From: Nitrospirota bacterium
GTDB taxonomy: Bacteria; Nitrospirota; UBA9217
Direction of reading: 5' to 3'
Length of the DNA: 64,000 bases
Assembly: GCA_963749655.1 (NCBI GenBank)
Contig: CAVVOB010000028.1
Span: 128,001 to 192,000, forward strand
Each line of letters begins with the position of its first letter. Within the stretch, counting starts at the first letter, position 1. The notes beneath the pieces were generated by a model, which saw only the letters and a program-made list of their open reading frames with translations, did not search any database and was not told the origin of the DNA. The position numbers and the translations under genes are program-made. Positions 20,848 through 30,252 of this stretch are shown piece by piece.

Positions 20848-21251
20848 ATTATTGATACCCTCTTGTCATAAGGATCTTTGGAAACGTTCTTGCTATTTGA
20901 TAGTGGGAATCATATACAGGACAGGCTTAAAGTTTGTCTTGTTTCCCTTCTGCCAATTGAACCCCTGCTGGACCCACTCCGGGCGTCGCGGCATTTAAAG
21001 CTTTCTATTCCAGACGTCGTTCATATCGCAAAATGTGCCCGAGGCATTCTGCGAAAAACGCTCTTAAACACTGATCATAATGCCGTACAGGCGTTGAAAG
21101 GTCAGACCTTGAAGTAAAGGGACAGCCTCAATTCTTCAAACCCCTTTGCCGACCTGCCTGATCGAGGGATGGGATTTCAATTCGAAATGTGGAAAGAACT
21201 GTTTGAAATGATTTGATTAAACAGCGGAATCCATCGTAGCTGGATAGCGTG

Positions 21252-21306
21252 ATTATACGGATATACGACCTGTTGTCAAGAATGCCGATGGGGTATTTTT
21301 AGGGTA
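21252..21306 (-). promoter_or_regulatory. sigma70 promoter TTGACA-16-TATAAT with upstream GGGGTA box
   Basis: -35 at 21274-21279, -10 at 21252-21257; box ATGGGGTATTTTTAGGGTA at 21288-21306, 8 bp from the -35. Confidence 0.7.
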
Positions 21307-21377
21307 TGTGTTATACTAGCGCATCTTTTCGAACATAACACACGCTCGTGACACAGCCTTTTTACCGCTGCATCCCA

Positions 21378-21905
21378 TCAGCCAAGCGGTTCCCTTCGTT
21401 CGTAGTACTTCACCGTGGCAAAAAGCGCGGGAGACATTCTCGCGATTTTTCCTTCCCTGGTCAGGAAGAGGATCTTCTGCCGGTGCGTGCCGAGAAGCTC
21501 TCTCCCGCTGTAATCCTCGCGGTAGATGTCGAAATTCATCTGGACGCTCGTTCTTTTTATGTCCGAAAAGGTTACTGCGATGCGAATACGGTCCAGCAGC
21601 TTCGCTGAACGGAGAAATTTGTGGGTTACGTCGAGGACCGCGGGGCAGACGCTTCCAAGCTCGTCGGGGTGGTGGCTGAGAATGAACTCCTCTCTCGCCC
21701 TGGTGCACCAGTCGAAATATTTCAGATAATAGACCACGCCGTAAAAGTCGATGTCCCCGAACAGCACCTTCGTTTCCCAGGTGAAGACATTGCCGGCAGC
21801 CATTGTCTCTTTCCGGCTGTTGTCGCTGTCCAGGGCGGCCGGCGAAGACGAGGGATTGCTGTTGATCCGGTTGTTTGCAAGGCTGGAAAGCGTATTATCG
21901 GACAC
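21378..21905 (-). CDS. YbgC/4HBT-family acyl-CoA thioesterase (start may be 21803)
   Basis: VLFGDIDFYGVVYYLKYFDWCTRAREE hot-dog thioesterase motif. Confidence 0.85.
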   Translation of the reverse strand: MSDNTLSSLANNRINSNPSSSPAALDSDNSRKETMAAGNVFTWETKVLFGDIDFYGVVYYLKYFDWCTRAREEFILSHHPDELGSVCPAVLDVTHKFLRSAKLLDRIRIAVTFSDIKRTSVQMNFDIYREDYSGRELLGTHRQKILFLTREGKIARMSPALFATVKYYERREPLG

Positions 21906-22169
21906 CCGTGCTCCTCGCCGCGCGGCGTCACTTCAGGGACGCTTTCGGGCGGCCGTTCTGCGGCTGCGGTTAACGCGGCTGTTTCGAAGAGGGGCTCGCA
22001 AGTCTCCGCGGCAACTCCTCCACGACGCGATAAGAGCGGCTGCAAAATGGGACGATTCCCTCGAATGTCGCCCATGAAAATACGACAAAGGGCGACGATG
22101 GCTTGATTTTTTTATGAATGATGTACTGCGAAAGATGAGCCGGCAAAGAAGAGCACGTGATGCGGTGCA

Positions 22170-22225
22170 TTGATATCATACCTGCAATCCATGGTCAATA
22201 AAAAAAATGGGGTATTTTTGGGGTA
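22170..22225 (-). promoter_or_regulatory. Putative promoter (TTGACC-17-TATCAA) with upstream GGGGTA box
   Basis: Box ATGGGGTATTTTTGGGGTA at 22207-22225, 8 bp from TTGACC (22193-22198); the -10 is weak. Confidence 0.55.
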
Positions 22226-22404
22226 CTACCCTGCAATTTGACATCAGAATGCTGCACGAAATAGCATTCCCCTTGACGATTCCGTGTCTGGCAAGTTTTT
22301 TTTCGTTTTCGATGCTGCTCACTTGGTGGAATGGTTAACAGACACACAAGGAAGGAGACGCGATTAACGCTCCTCCGTCCTTGTGTTTGTTTATCGACCG
22401 CCCC

Positions 22405-22797
22405 TCACTTCATAGAATGAAGCGCCAACCTGTTCCCCTCGCAGTCCTCGTAATGGGCGATAAACCCGTACTCTCCGATCCCGGTTTTCGGCATCAGCGT
22501 CTTCCCGCCGTTCGCAGTAATTCTCCTGAGCGTCTCCGGAATATCTTCAACGCTGAAATACAGGATCGCTCCCGTACGCGACGGTTCATAGGACTCGCCC
22601 TTGACGAGTCCGCCCGCTGCTCCCGGCGCGCCCTGCGTAAAAGGAAACATCGCCATTTTCATTTCCCCCATGTCTTCCCGGGTCAGCTGCACATCAAACA
22701 CTTTTTCATGGAACGTTACGGCCCTGTCCAGGTCTTTGACCGGGATCTCGAACCAGTTGGCAATATGAGACTTCACTGCAACCGTTGCCATAGACAC
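22405..22797 (-). CDS. VOC/glyoxalase family protein
   Basis: NWFEIPVKDLDRAVTF...GGKTLMPKTGIGEYGFIAHYEDCEGNRLALH. Confidence 0.9.
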   Translation of the reverse strand: MSMATVAVKSHIANWFEIPVKDLDRAVTFHEKVFDVQLTREDMGEMKMAMFPFTQGAPGAAGGLVKGESYEPSRTGAILYFSVEDIPETLRRITANGGKTLMPKTGIGEYGFIAHYEDCEGNRLALHSMK

Positions 22798-23097
22798 CTT
22801 CTTTCACCCGTCCCTCTCCGCTCAACGAGCAGTCCGAGGTCATACCGAGGTTCTATATTTCCGGAAAGGATCTTCCGCAGCCGCACTGTATGTCGGCTTT
22901 CATGATTCAAGTATAGCACTGCGTCCGGTTTCATCTATCTGCGGTCATCTGCATTCTCTGCGGAGAACTGTTGCTTTCTCGTCTACGCAAGACAAACAGG
23001 CCTATGACCCGCATAAACCTGACAAGAAGCGCAGGAGTGCTATTTTTTATTTATGGCTACAGCGCAGGATCGACATTCATCTTTAAAGGAGAACACC

Positions 23098-23436
23098 ATG
23101 GCGATATACACAATTGCTCAGTATCAGGTCAAACCGCAGGCAATCGATAAGGTCAAACTTGCAATCGAGGAATTCGTCCGCTATGTCAAGGCACATGAGC
23201 CCGGCACCCGGATGTACACGGCATGGCAGCAGAAGGATGATCCGACGCGCTTCGTGCACCTTTTTATTTTTGCAGATGAAGCTTCCCTTGCAGCCCATGG
23301 TGCATCAGAGGCGGTAAAACGCTTCGAATCAATCTACGCTCCCGAGCTGGCCGGTGGAGACGTCGTCTTTACCGATTATAACCTGGTGGCCACCAACGAG
23401 GAGAAGCACCAGCTTGACAAAGAAAAGGCCGCCTGA
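23098..23436 (+). CDS. ABM / putative quinol monooxygenase domain protein
   Basis: EPGTRMY...DPTRFVH...FADEASLAAH; AAGGAG RBS. Confidence 0.8.
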   Translation: MAIYTIAQYQVKPQAIDKVKLAIEEFVRYVKAHEPGTRMYTAWQQKDDPTRFVHLFIFADEASLAAHGASEAVKRFESIYAPELAGGDVVFTDYNLVATNEEKHQLDKEKAA

Positions 23437-23438
23437 CC

Positions 23439-23958
23439 TCACTTGTGCTGCTCTTTCAGGGGACGCATCCGGGGCACCCATCGGGGAACGCTCTTTTTAT
23501 ACTGGAGATAGTTTTCTCCGAACCGCTTCTCCAGGCCGGGCTCTTCCGACAGCACAAAGTACAGGTGGTTGATGCCCAGGAAGAGGATGAACCAGATGCC
23601 CGTTGCCCGCGAACCCGCGTAGAGGGCTTCGCCGAGCAGCATCAAGGCAACGCCGCTGATCATGGGATTCCGCACATACCGATAGGGACCCGCGGAAACC
23701 AGTTTGCGAGTCAGGGTCCCAGGGCGCCAGCGTTCCCGCTCCCTTCCGGGCAAACAGCGCCACGCACCATGCAAACAGAAATAAGCCTGCTGCAAAGACA
23801 AGTGAACCGAGACCATGAAACAGAAGGGGAATGACATCATTCCCCTTCCCTTGATCGTCGATGGCCTCCCCTGCGGTCATCAGCCAGTACGGCACTGCAA
23901 CGACCACCATGAACGGCATGAGCAGAATCGCGACCAGATGCCGAAACACCTTCACCAT
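23439..23958 (-). CDS. Isoprenylcysteine carboxyl methyltransferase (PEMT/ICMT) family membrane protein, frameshifted near 23712
   Basis: GAGTLAPWDP in one frame, LVSAGPYRYVRNPMISG...EEPGLEKRFGENY...VPRW in the next. Confidence 0.85.
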
Positions 23959-24104
23959 GGTCCCCCCTCACTAACGAACTACATCTGCAACCACGGGCGG
24001 CTTAGCCGCACACGGCAATGCACAAGCAGACGAGCACTTTTCCCCCCTCAGTGAGTGCGGCCCCGTCGCACCTGTGTTCCACGCGCCCGGTCTCTTCTTC
24101 AGCC

Positions 24105-24764
24105 TCACGCAATCTCCCTGCTCCGTTTCAGCGCGAGTAAGTGAAGCAGAATGAAGAGCGGCACGAAAAACGTCGGGATGAGGTTCACCGGAAATCTCGT
24201 CATGAGCGCCGTAGAAACGCCGGTCCTCAGGATCCCGTAGGAGCTGACGGAATAGAGAATGCCGAGCGAAATCGCCGACACGAGGTCGATCAGACCGAAT
24301 ATGTTCCACGCGATATATGCCGCGCGCAGGCGGGGCGACCGCTCAGGTTTACGAAGCGCCCTGGCCAGGGGCAGACAGAACGACGCGGCAATGATGTCGC
24401 CAAGCCCCTCGGGATACCCGAACTGGGGCGGCAAAACGTTCACCATGGCGCCGATCATGAAGCCGAGGCCGACAAAGCGCCAAGTATGCGTGATGGTTAT
24501 GAACCACAGCGGGATGCCGTCAACGGCGTGCCGGAGTCGCGGATTGGACGCGTAAGCGATGATGAACCCGACTATCGGCACGACCAGAAAAAGCCCCAAT
24601 AACACGGGCGGCGTGTCGGGCTGGTTCTGGCCGAAAAGCCCCCTCAGGCCTCCGATAAAAGCCGCTACAAACCAGAAGCCGACCACACCGTACACGGCAC
24701 GCAGCATTGCATGCGATTCCTCATCATGCGCTTCGTGCATAAATCGATGGAAAGAATATTTCAT
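24105..24764 (-). CDS. Hypothetical multi-pass membrane protein
   Basis: About 6 hydrophobic segments; probable start MKYSF at 24764. Confidence 0.75.
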   Translation of the reverse strand: MKYSFHRFMHEAHDEESHAMLRAVYGVVGFWFVAAFIGGLRGLFGQNQPDTPPVLLGLFLVVPIVGFIIAYASNPRLRHAVDGIPLWFITITHTWRFVGLGFMIGAMVNVLPPQFGYPEGLGDIIAASFCLPLARALRKPERSPRLRAAYIAWNIFGLIDLVSAISLGILYSVSSYGILRTGVSTALMTRFPVNLIPTFFVPLFILLHLLALKRSREIA

Positions 24765-24951
24765 ACGACTCACCCCCTTCCATGACTGACAGAAGACCTT
24801 ATTCTCGCCTTTCTCTATGTAATCTGCGTAATCCGTGGAAACAAGGCTAGACCCTTCTCTCCGCTGCTGTCCCTCGACAAATGCGTTTCGAGGGCAAGCT
24901 GTGAGCGCGCAGAAAAGGCTGATAAACACAACCGTTCTTTTCCGGATCTTC

Positions 24952-25923
24952 TTACGCTGCTTTTCTTTCCTTGTTGAACGCCTCAAGCAGCCCGGCAAGG
25001 CGGTCCATGCTCTCGTAGATCCCTTCCTCCATGCCCTCCCTGATCATGCCGTCGCGGTCCTCGACGGACTGAAACACCGTTTTCTCCGTCACCTTCGTCC
25101 CGCCGTCCGCTTCCTCGAACGTCACCGTATCCAGCGACGCATGGCCCGGCATGCCTTCGAATTCAAAGGTGCCGACGATCCTCTCGGGCGGACGGACCTC
25201 ATGGTAAACGCCGTGGAAGGCATACATGTTGCCCCCGGCGTCGCGGTGGACGAACCGCCATTTCCCGCCCGATTGAGCGTCCAGCTTGTCGATTATGGTC
25301 GTGAACCGCTTCGGTCCCCACCAGTTCGGGATCAGATAAGGATCGGTGTACGCCTTGAACACGAGATTTCGCGGCGCATCAAAAACACGGACGATCGTGA
25401 CCTCCTGTTTTCCTCGTTCCGCGATGATCCGGCTGCCGCCCTTCACGATGCTTTCCGCCAGCTTGTCGAACGACTCGCTCCAGCCCGTTTCGGTCATTTC
25501 GCGCATCAGGCCGGCGGGAATACCCTCGTGCCGCAGGACCATCTTCGTCTTGTTGCCCTCGTCTTCGAGCGTCACGGTCACGAGCAGCTCCAGCGGCCAG
25601 TCGCCCGCCATGCCGTAATGCGAGGCCGGGACGACATTGCCCTTCTCATCGGCAAAACTGTCGGTCACTACGAGCCGCTCATGAGGAACGATTTCCCGGT
25701 ACGTGCCGGTGGACCAGTAGTCCTTGCCGTCGGGACCGCGCATGCAGTTGAGATATTTACCTCCCACGCGAAGGTCGATCTTGCTGACCGGGGCTGTAAA
25801 GTATTTCGGGCCCCACCATGTTTTCGTCAGTTCGGGATCGGTCCAGGCTTTCCATACTCTCTCGCGCGGCGCATCGAATATGCGCGTGATTGTGAGTTCA
25901 TCTTTATTCTTTTCGATTGCCAT
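24952..25923 (-). CDS. Tandem SRPBCC/AHSA1 domain protein
   Basis: Two copies of RxFDAPRxxVxKAxTDP...WWGP; AGGAGG RBS. Confidence 0.9.
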   Translation of the reverse strand: MAIEKNKDELTITRIFDAPRERVWKAWTDPELTKTWWGPKYFTAPVSKIDLRVGGKYLNCMRGPDGKDYWSTGTYREIVPHERLVVTDSFADEKGNVVPASHYGMAGDWPLELLVTVTLEDEGNKTKMVLRHEGIPAGLMREMTETGWSESFDKLAESIVKGGSRIIAERGKQEVTIVRVFDAPRNLVFKAYTDPYLIPNWWGPKRFTTIIDKLDAQSGGKWRFVHRDAGGNMYAFHGVYHEVRPPERIVGTFEFEGMPGHASLDTVTFEEADGGTKVTEKTVFQSVEDRDGMIREGMEEGIYESMDRLAGLLEAFNKERKAA

Positions 25924-26031
25924 AGTGCGCCTCCTTCTCTTACGGTGCTTCAAACGAGCGTCTCGCTGCGGGTGCAGGAGGACGAGACGTTCCCTGACCT
26001 GAACGTCCTTGTCAGGACCAAACGAAACCGG

Positions 26032-26749
26032 TTATCGCTTCACTTCCACGAGCAGAAACTCGACATCCTCTTCTGCCCGGACTTCGATCATCTTCTCTTC
26101 CGTGATCATGGCCGACTCCCAGCGCCGGGACATGCGAGCCGTTCACGGTTATCGGCCCTCCCTCCAGCACATACAGATAGATGCCCCGTCCCGGCATCAA
26201 GGTCATAGCGCTCCGTCTTGCCCGCGTGCAGGAAGCTGGAGAACACCCGGGCATCGGCTGCAAGCGGCAGAGCTGCCCGGATCGCCGCTCGATACCAGCT
26301 CAAGGAAGCGGTCGGTCCTCTCCGCTCTTTTCGACGGGTTTCTGCTCCACCGACGGGTCGAGGCCGTGACGCGACGGATAGAACCACATCTGGATGAAGC
26401 GCATGGGCCGGTCCGGGAGGTTGTTGATCTCCGAGTGCCACATGCCGCGGCCTACCGTCGTATGCTGCACCCATCCTTTTTTCAGGACACCGCCCTTGCC
26501 GCGCTCGTCGGCGTGACGGAATTCTCCGTCTGCGACATAGGTGACCACTTCGTTGTCCCGGTGGGGATGAAGCGGCCAGATCGCGCCGGGCGAAAGCGTA
26601 TCGTCATTGAACACGCGCAGCGTGCCGAAATCCTCGAACTGCGGATCGTAATAGTCGCCGAAGGAGAAATGCCACCGGCCGTGGAAACTGCCGTTTTTGA
26701 GCTCGCCGTCGATCTGGTATATGGTTTCGGGAGCCCGAACTCGTATCAT
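26032..26749 (-). CDS. Pirin family protein, frameshifted
   Basis: GTLRVFNDD, HPHRDNEVVTYV, HAD, GRGMWHSE, FIQMW; the C-terminus is spread over other frames. Confidence 0.85.
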
Positions 26750-26857
26750 GGAACCGCCTCCACCTTACAGGATGGATTATATCTTCTTTATTTAAGTATA
26801 CATCCCGGAGACGATTTGGGGCGGCGGCGCTTTTCTTTTAGATTTTTCTTTTCCTTC

Positions 26858-26889
26858 TAATCTTCCTTTAATCTGCCCTGTGCTAGAGT
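26858..26889 (+). promoter_or_regulatory. OmpR-type tandem box TAATCT-N5-TAATCT near the -35 region, with extended -10
   Basis: TAATCT at 26858 and 26869 (11-bp period); TGCTAGAGT at 26881-26889. Confidence 0.5.
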
Positions 26890-26955
26890 GATTTCAACAG
26901 CAAGGATTCGATCGACGAATTCCATTTCCCCAGGATCATTACGAAGGAGGATATC

Positions 26956-27348
26956 ATGAAACTCAACGCAGAGAGGCTTATCAGTGAATCGAGATTCGCG
27001 AAAGTGCTGCAGCGGGCCGAAGTTTTTGCAGTAACCGCGGCGCTCAGCCTGTTTTTCGCGGCTGGAATGGCGGAAGCAGAGGATCATGGAGTCCGCCATG
27101 CAGGAGACGATCGACAGAGCGGCAGTGAGAGCAAGATCTACGGCATCGTCGAGAAGACGCCCCGGGGCGAGATCGGCACCTGGATCGTAAGCGGACGTGA
27201 GATCGTTGTGACCAAAGACACACGGATCAAGGAAAAGCACGGCAAGGCCGAGGCAGGAGCGTACGTTGAAGTGGAGGGAATTGCCGACGGCAAAACCTTC
27301 ACCGCCTACGAAGTCAAGGTAAAGAGGGCGACAGAAAGCAGGCGATGA
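26956..27348 (+). CDS. Exported DUF5666-like protein
   Basis: Signal peptide (..GMAEA), GTWIVSGREIVVTKDTRI...GAYVEVEG...AYEVKV; AAGGAGG RBS. Confidence 0.75.
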   Translation: MKLNAERLISESRFAKVLQRAEVFAVTAALSLFFAAGMAEAEDHGVRHAGDDRQSGSESKIYGIVEKTPRGEIGTWIVSGREIVVTKDTRIKEKHGKAEAGAYVEVEGIADGKTFTAYEVKVKRATESRR

Positions 27349-27394
27349 AAAGAATGGCAAATAAGAGATTCAAAATCGTAAAGCAGAAGACTAC

Positions 27395-27477
27395 TTTTTG
27401 ACAGGATAACAGGATGAACAGGATATTTAAATCATTTTGGTCTTTATCAGATCTAATCCTGTTATCCTGTCGAAAAA
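27395..27477. repeat. 9-bp tandem/inverted repeat element (ACAGGATAA family); partial copy at 41316-41333
   Basis: GACAGGATAACAGGATGAACAGGAT ... ATCCTGTTATCCTGTC. Confidence 0.65.
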
Positions 27478-27518
27478 GAATATTTGCTGGATTTCCATAA
27501 TTTTGGAGGACAAACATC

Positions 27519-28148
27519 ATGACGAACAGCATCGACGATAAGAGCAGCTCCCTCGGCCCCTTTGCGATCCTGGTCCACCTGGGCCTTCTCCTCTTCGGCC
27601 TCTCAGCAGCCTTGACCGGCCTTCTGGCAGAGGATTACAAGAAAATCGAGCACCTGGGATTCACGATCCACAGCTGGCTCGGCATGGGCCTTGCGGGCCT
27701 TGTCGGGCTGCGGATGGCAACCGGGATCATCGGCCCCCGAAGCGTCCGCTTTGCGCGATGGATGCCCTTCACAGTGTCGCGCATGAGGCTCGTTTTCGAG
27801 GATGTTGCCGGTCTTTTGAAATTCCGCATGCCGGAGCGGCCCACGCACCAGGGCCTGGCCGGACTGGTCCAGACTTTCGGTCTTGCCGTGTTCCTTCTCA
27901 TGGCCGCGACCGGCGCATATCTCTATTTTTTCCTCGAACCCGGGCACAAGGCCCACGGCTTTGTCCACGACGTGAAGGAGCTGCACGAGGCCGGCGTTGT
28001 TCTCATCCCGGCCTTTCTGTCCCTTCATGGAGGCGCAGTCCTGATGCATGCCCTGCGCGGCAACCATATCTGGAAGAAAATATTTTTCATCTCTGATACA
28101 ATAAAGAAGCGCAGAAGCCGTGCGGAAACCCTGCTGGAAGAACGATGA
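27519..28148 (+). CDS. Cytochrome b561 / Ni-hydrogenase cytochrome b-type membrane protein
   Basis: Four TM helices with candidate heme-ligand His residues (LVHL, IHSW, LHE, LHG). Confidence 0.8.
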   Translation: MTNSIDDKSSSLGPFAILVHLGLLLFGLSAALTGLLAEDYKKIEHLGFTIHSWLGMGLAGLVGLRMATGIIGPRSVRFARWMPFTVSRMRLVFEDVAGLLKFRMPERPTHQGLAGLVQTFGLAVFLLMAATGAYLYFFLEPGHKAHGFVHDVKELHEAGVVLIPAFLSLHGGAVLMHALRGNHIWKKIFFISDTIKKRRSRAETLLEER

Positions 28149-28816
28149 AGATCCTTATTGTCGAAGACGAACAGAAGCTTGCCCGGATCCTGAAAAAAGG
28201 CCTCGAGGAAAACGACTTTACCGTGGACCTCTCCTTTGACGGCGACGAGGGAATGCACATGGCCGAGACTTATTCCTACGATGCCGTGCTCCTAGACCTC
28301 ATGCTTCCCGGAAGGGACGGCCTCTCGATCCTCAAGGCGCTTCGCGCGAAAAAGATAGACCTGCCGGTCCTTGTTCTCACCGCCCGCGGGGACGTCGAGG
28401 ACCGGATCAAAGGACTCGACATCGGAGCCGACGACTACATCGCCAAGCCCTTCGATTTCGCCGAGCTCATGGCACGCCTGCGCGCGGCAATAAGGAGGAG
28501 CAAGGGGAAGCCCTCGCCGATCATCAAGATCGCAAATCTGTCCATTGATTCGAACGCAAAAACGGTCTCCCGCTCGGGCAAGGCGATCGCGCTCTCGGCC
28601 CGGGAATACGCGCTGCTCGAATACCTCGCCCTCAACGCCGGCCGCGTCGTGAGCAGGACCGAGGTGATAGAGCACGTCTATTCCTCGGAGTACGAGTGGG
28701 ACAGCAACGTCATCGATGTGTACATCAACTACCTGAGGAACAAGGTCGACAAGGGCTTCGACAAGCCGCTCATTCACACGGTGCGCGGCGCGGGCTATGT
28801 CCTGAAAGGCGAATGA
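28145..28816 (+). CDS. OmpR-family response regulator (CusR/CzcR-like)
   Basis: MKILIVEDE, LDLMLPG, GADDYIAKPF, NVIDVYINYLRNK, TVRGAGY. Confidence 0.95.
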   Translation: MKILIVEDEQKLARILKKGLEENDFTVDLSFDGDEGMHMAETYSYDAVLLDLMLPGRDGLSILKALRAKKIDLPVLVLTARGDVEDRIKGLDIGADDYIAKPFDFAELMARLRAAIRRSKGKPSPIIKIANLSIDSNAKTVSRSGKAIALSAREYALLEYLALNAGRVVSRTEVIEHVYSSEYEWDSNVIDVYINYLRNKVDKGFDKPLIHTVRGAGYVLKGE

Positions 28817-30252
28817 TGACGATCGTACCCCGGTCCATAACAGGCAGGCTTTTTCTCTGGCTGTTTCTCGGCGGTGCCGTTGTGCTGATGTCCGCGGGTC
28901 TGTTTCTCGACAGCGAGGTCCGAAAGATCGTCATCGAATCCGTCGACCGCACGCTCCATTCCAAACGCCAGATGATCACCGGGCTCCTGCACGAGGAGCA
29001 CGGCGGGATCGAGCTCGAGCTCTCGGACATCATCGCCGGAGAATACATCATCCCCCGCTCAGGCCATTACTACCGCGTCATGATGGACGACCGTGTTCTC
29101 GCGGCCTCCCCCTCCCTTGTCAGGGACGACTTCCTTTTTCTTCCGGCAGGCGCCGCACCAGGGGGCACGGCGCCCCGAGAAGGCCTGTACACATCGATCG
29201 GGCCTGACGACGAACCGGTGCGCGTTCTCCGGTATCAATACGCAGCCTTCAGCAGGCAGTTTGACGTGGTCCTTGCGGAAAGCCTCGTTGACAGCCTCTC
29301 GATGATATCCACCTTCAGGAACTTCCTTGCCGTTTCCATACCCCTCTCCCTGCTGGTCCTTTGTTTCGCTGCCTGGTGGATCGCCAAAGCTTCCCTCCGG
29401 CCGCTCGCGTCCTTCTCCGCAGCCATTGAGGCGATCACCCACCGGGACCTCGAAAAGCGCATCGACGGGGTCGCGACCGTCCGGGAGCTGGCAAAACTCG
29501 CCCAATCCTTCAACGCCATGCTCGACCGCCTGAACTCGGTGTTCATGGGCCAGAAACGGCTCGTCGCCGATGCGTCCCATGAGCTCAAAACGCCCCTTTC
29601 GATCATCAGGGCTCAATGCGATGTGGCGCTTCAGCGGGCACGGACCGCGGAAGAGTACGTCGAGTCGCTCAAATCGATCCAGTCGACATCGCAGTCCATG
29701 GAAAAGCTCATCAGCGATCTGCTTTCCCTGGCGCGGCTTGATGCGGGACTGGTCTCTTCAGAAGGCGCTGCCGCTGTTCCCCTCGGGGAATGCGTCAAGA
29801 GCGCCCTTCAGATGACGGAAACGCTCGCAGCGGAGAGGCGCGTGACCGTGATTGCGGAGATCGATGAAACGCTTGTTGTATCCGGTTCCCGAACCGCTTT
29901 GTCGGAGGCCTGTTTGAACATTATCGAAAACGCCGTACGATATAACGCCGAAGGAGGTTCGGTCTCCGTGTCCGCGAAAGCCGACAGCGGGAGGGCGATC
30001 CTCACCGTTGCCGACACGGGGATCGGACTAAAAAGGGACGAACTGGACAGGATCTTCGAACGTTTTTACCGCGCTGACGCAGTACGGGGCACTGACGGGA
30101 CCGGCCTGGGACTCAGCATCGTGAAAGCCGTTGTCGAATCCCACGGCGGGACGATAACGGTAGAAAGCGAGCCCGGCAGGGGAAGCAGGTTCATCATCGT
30201 CCTTCCGATCGGCAGGAAAACGGGAACACCAGCACCCGACGGCAAGCCATGA
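28813..30252 (+). CDS. Sensor histidine kinase (2 TM, HAMP, HisKA, HATPase)
   Basis: ADASHELKTP, NIIENAVRY, DTGIG, GTGLGLSIV; ATGA overlap with the regulator stop. Confidence 0.93.
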   Translation: MMTIVPRSITGRLFLWLFLGGAVVLMSAGLFLDSEVRKIVIESVDRTLHSKRQMITGLLHEEHGGIELELSDIIAGEYIIPRSGHYYRVMMDDRVLAASPSLVRDDFLFLPAGAAPGGTAPREGLYTSIGPDDEPVRVLRYQYAAFSRQFDVVLAESLVDSLSMISTFRNFLAVSIPLSLLVLCFAAWWIAKASLRPLASFSAAIEAITHRDLEKRIDGVATVRELAKLAQSFNAMLDRLNSVFMGQKRLVADASHELKTPLSIIRAQCDVALQRARTAEEYVESLKSIQSTSQSMEKLISDLLSLARLDAGLVSSEGAAAVPLGECVKSALQMTETLAAERRVTVIAEIDETLVVSGSRTALSEACLNIIENAVRYNAEGGSVSVSAKADSGRAILTVADTGIGLKRDELDRIFERFYRADAVRGTDGTGLGLSIVKAVVESHGGTITVESEPGRGSRFIIVLPIGRKTGTPAPDGKP

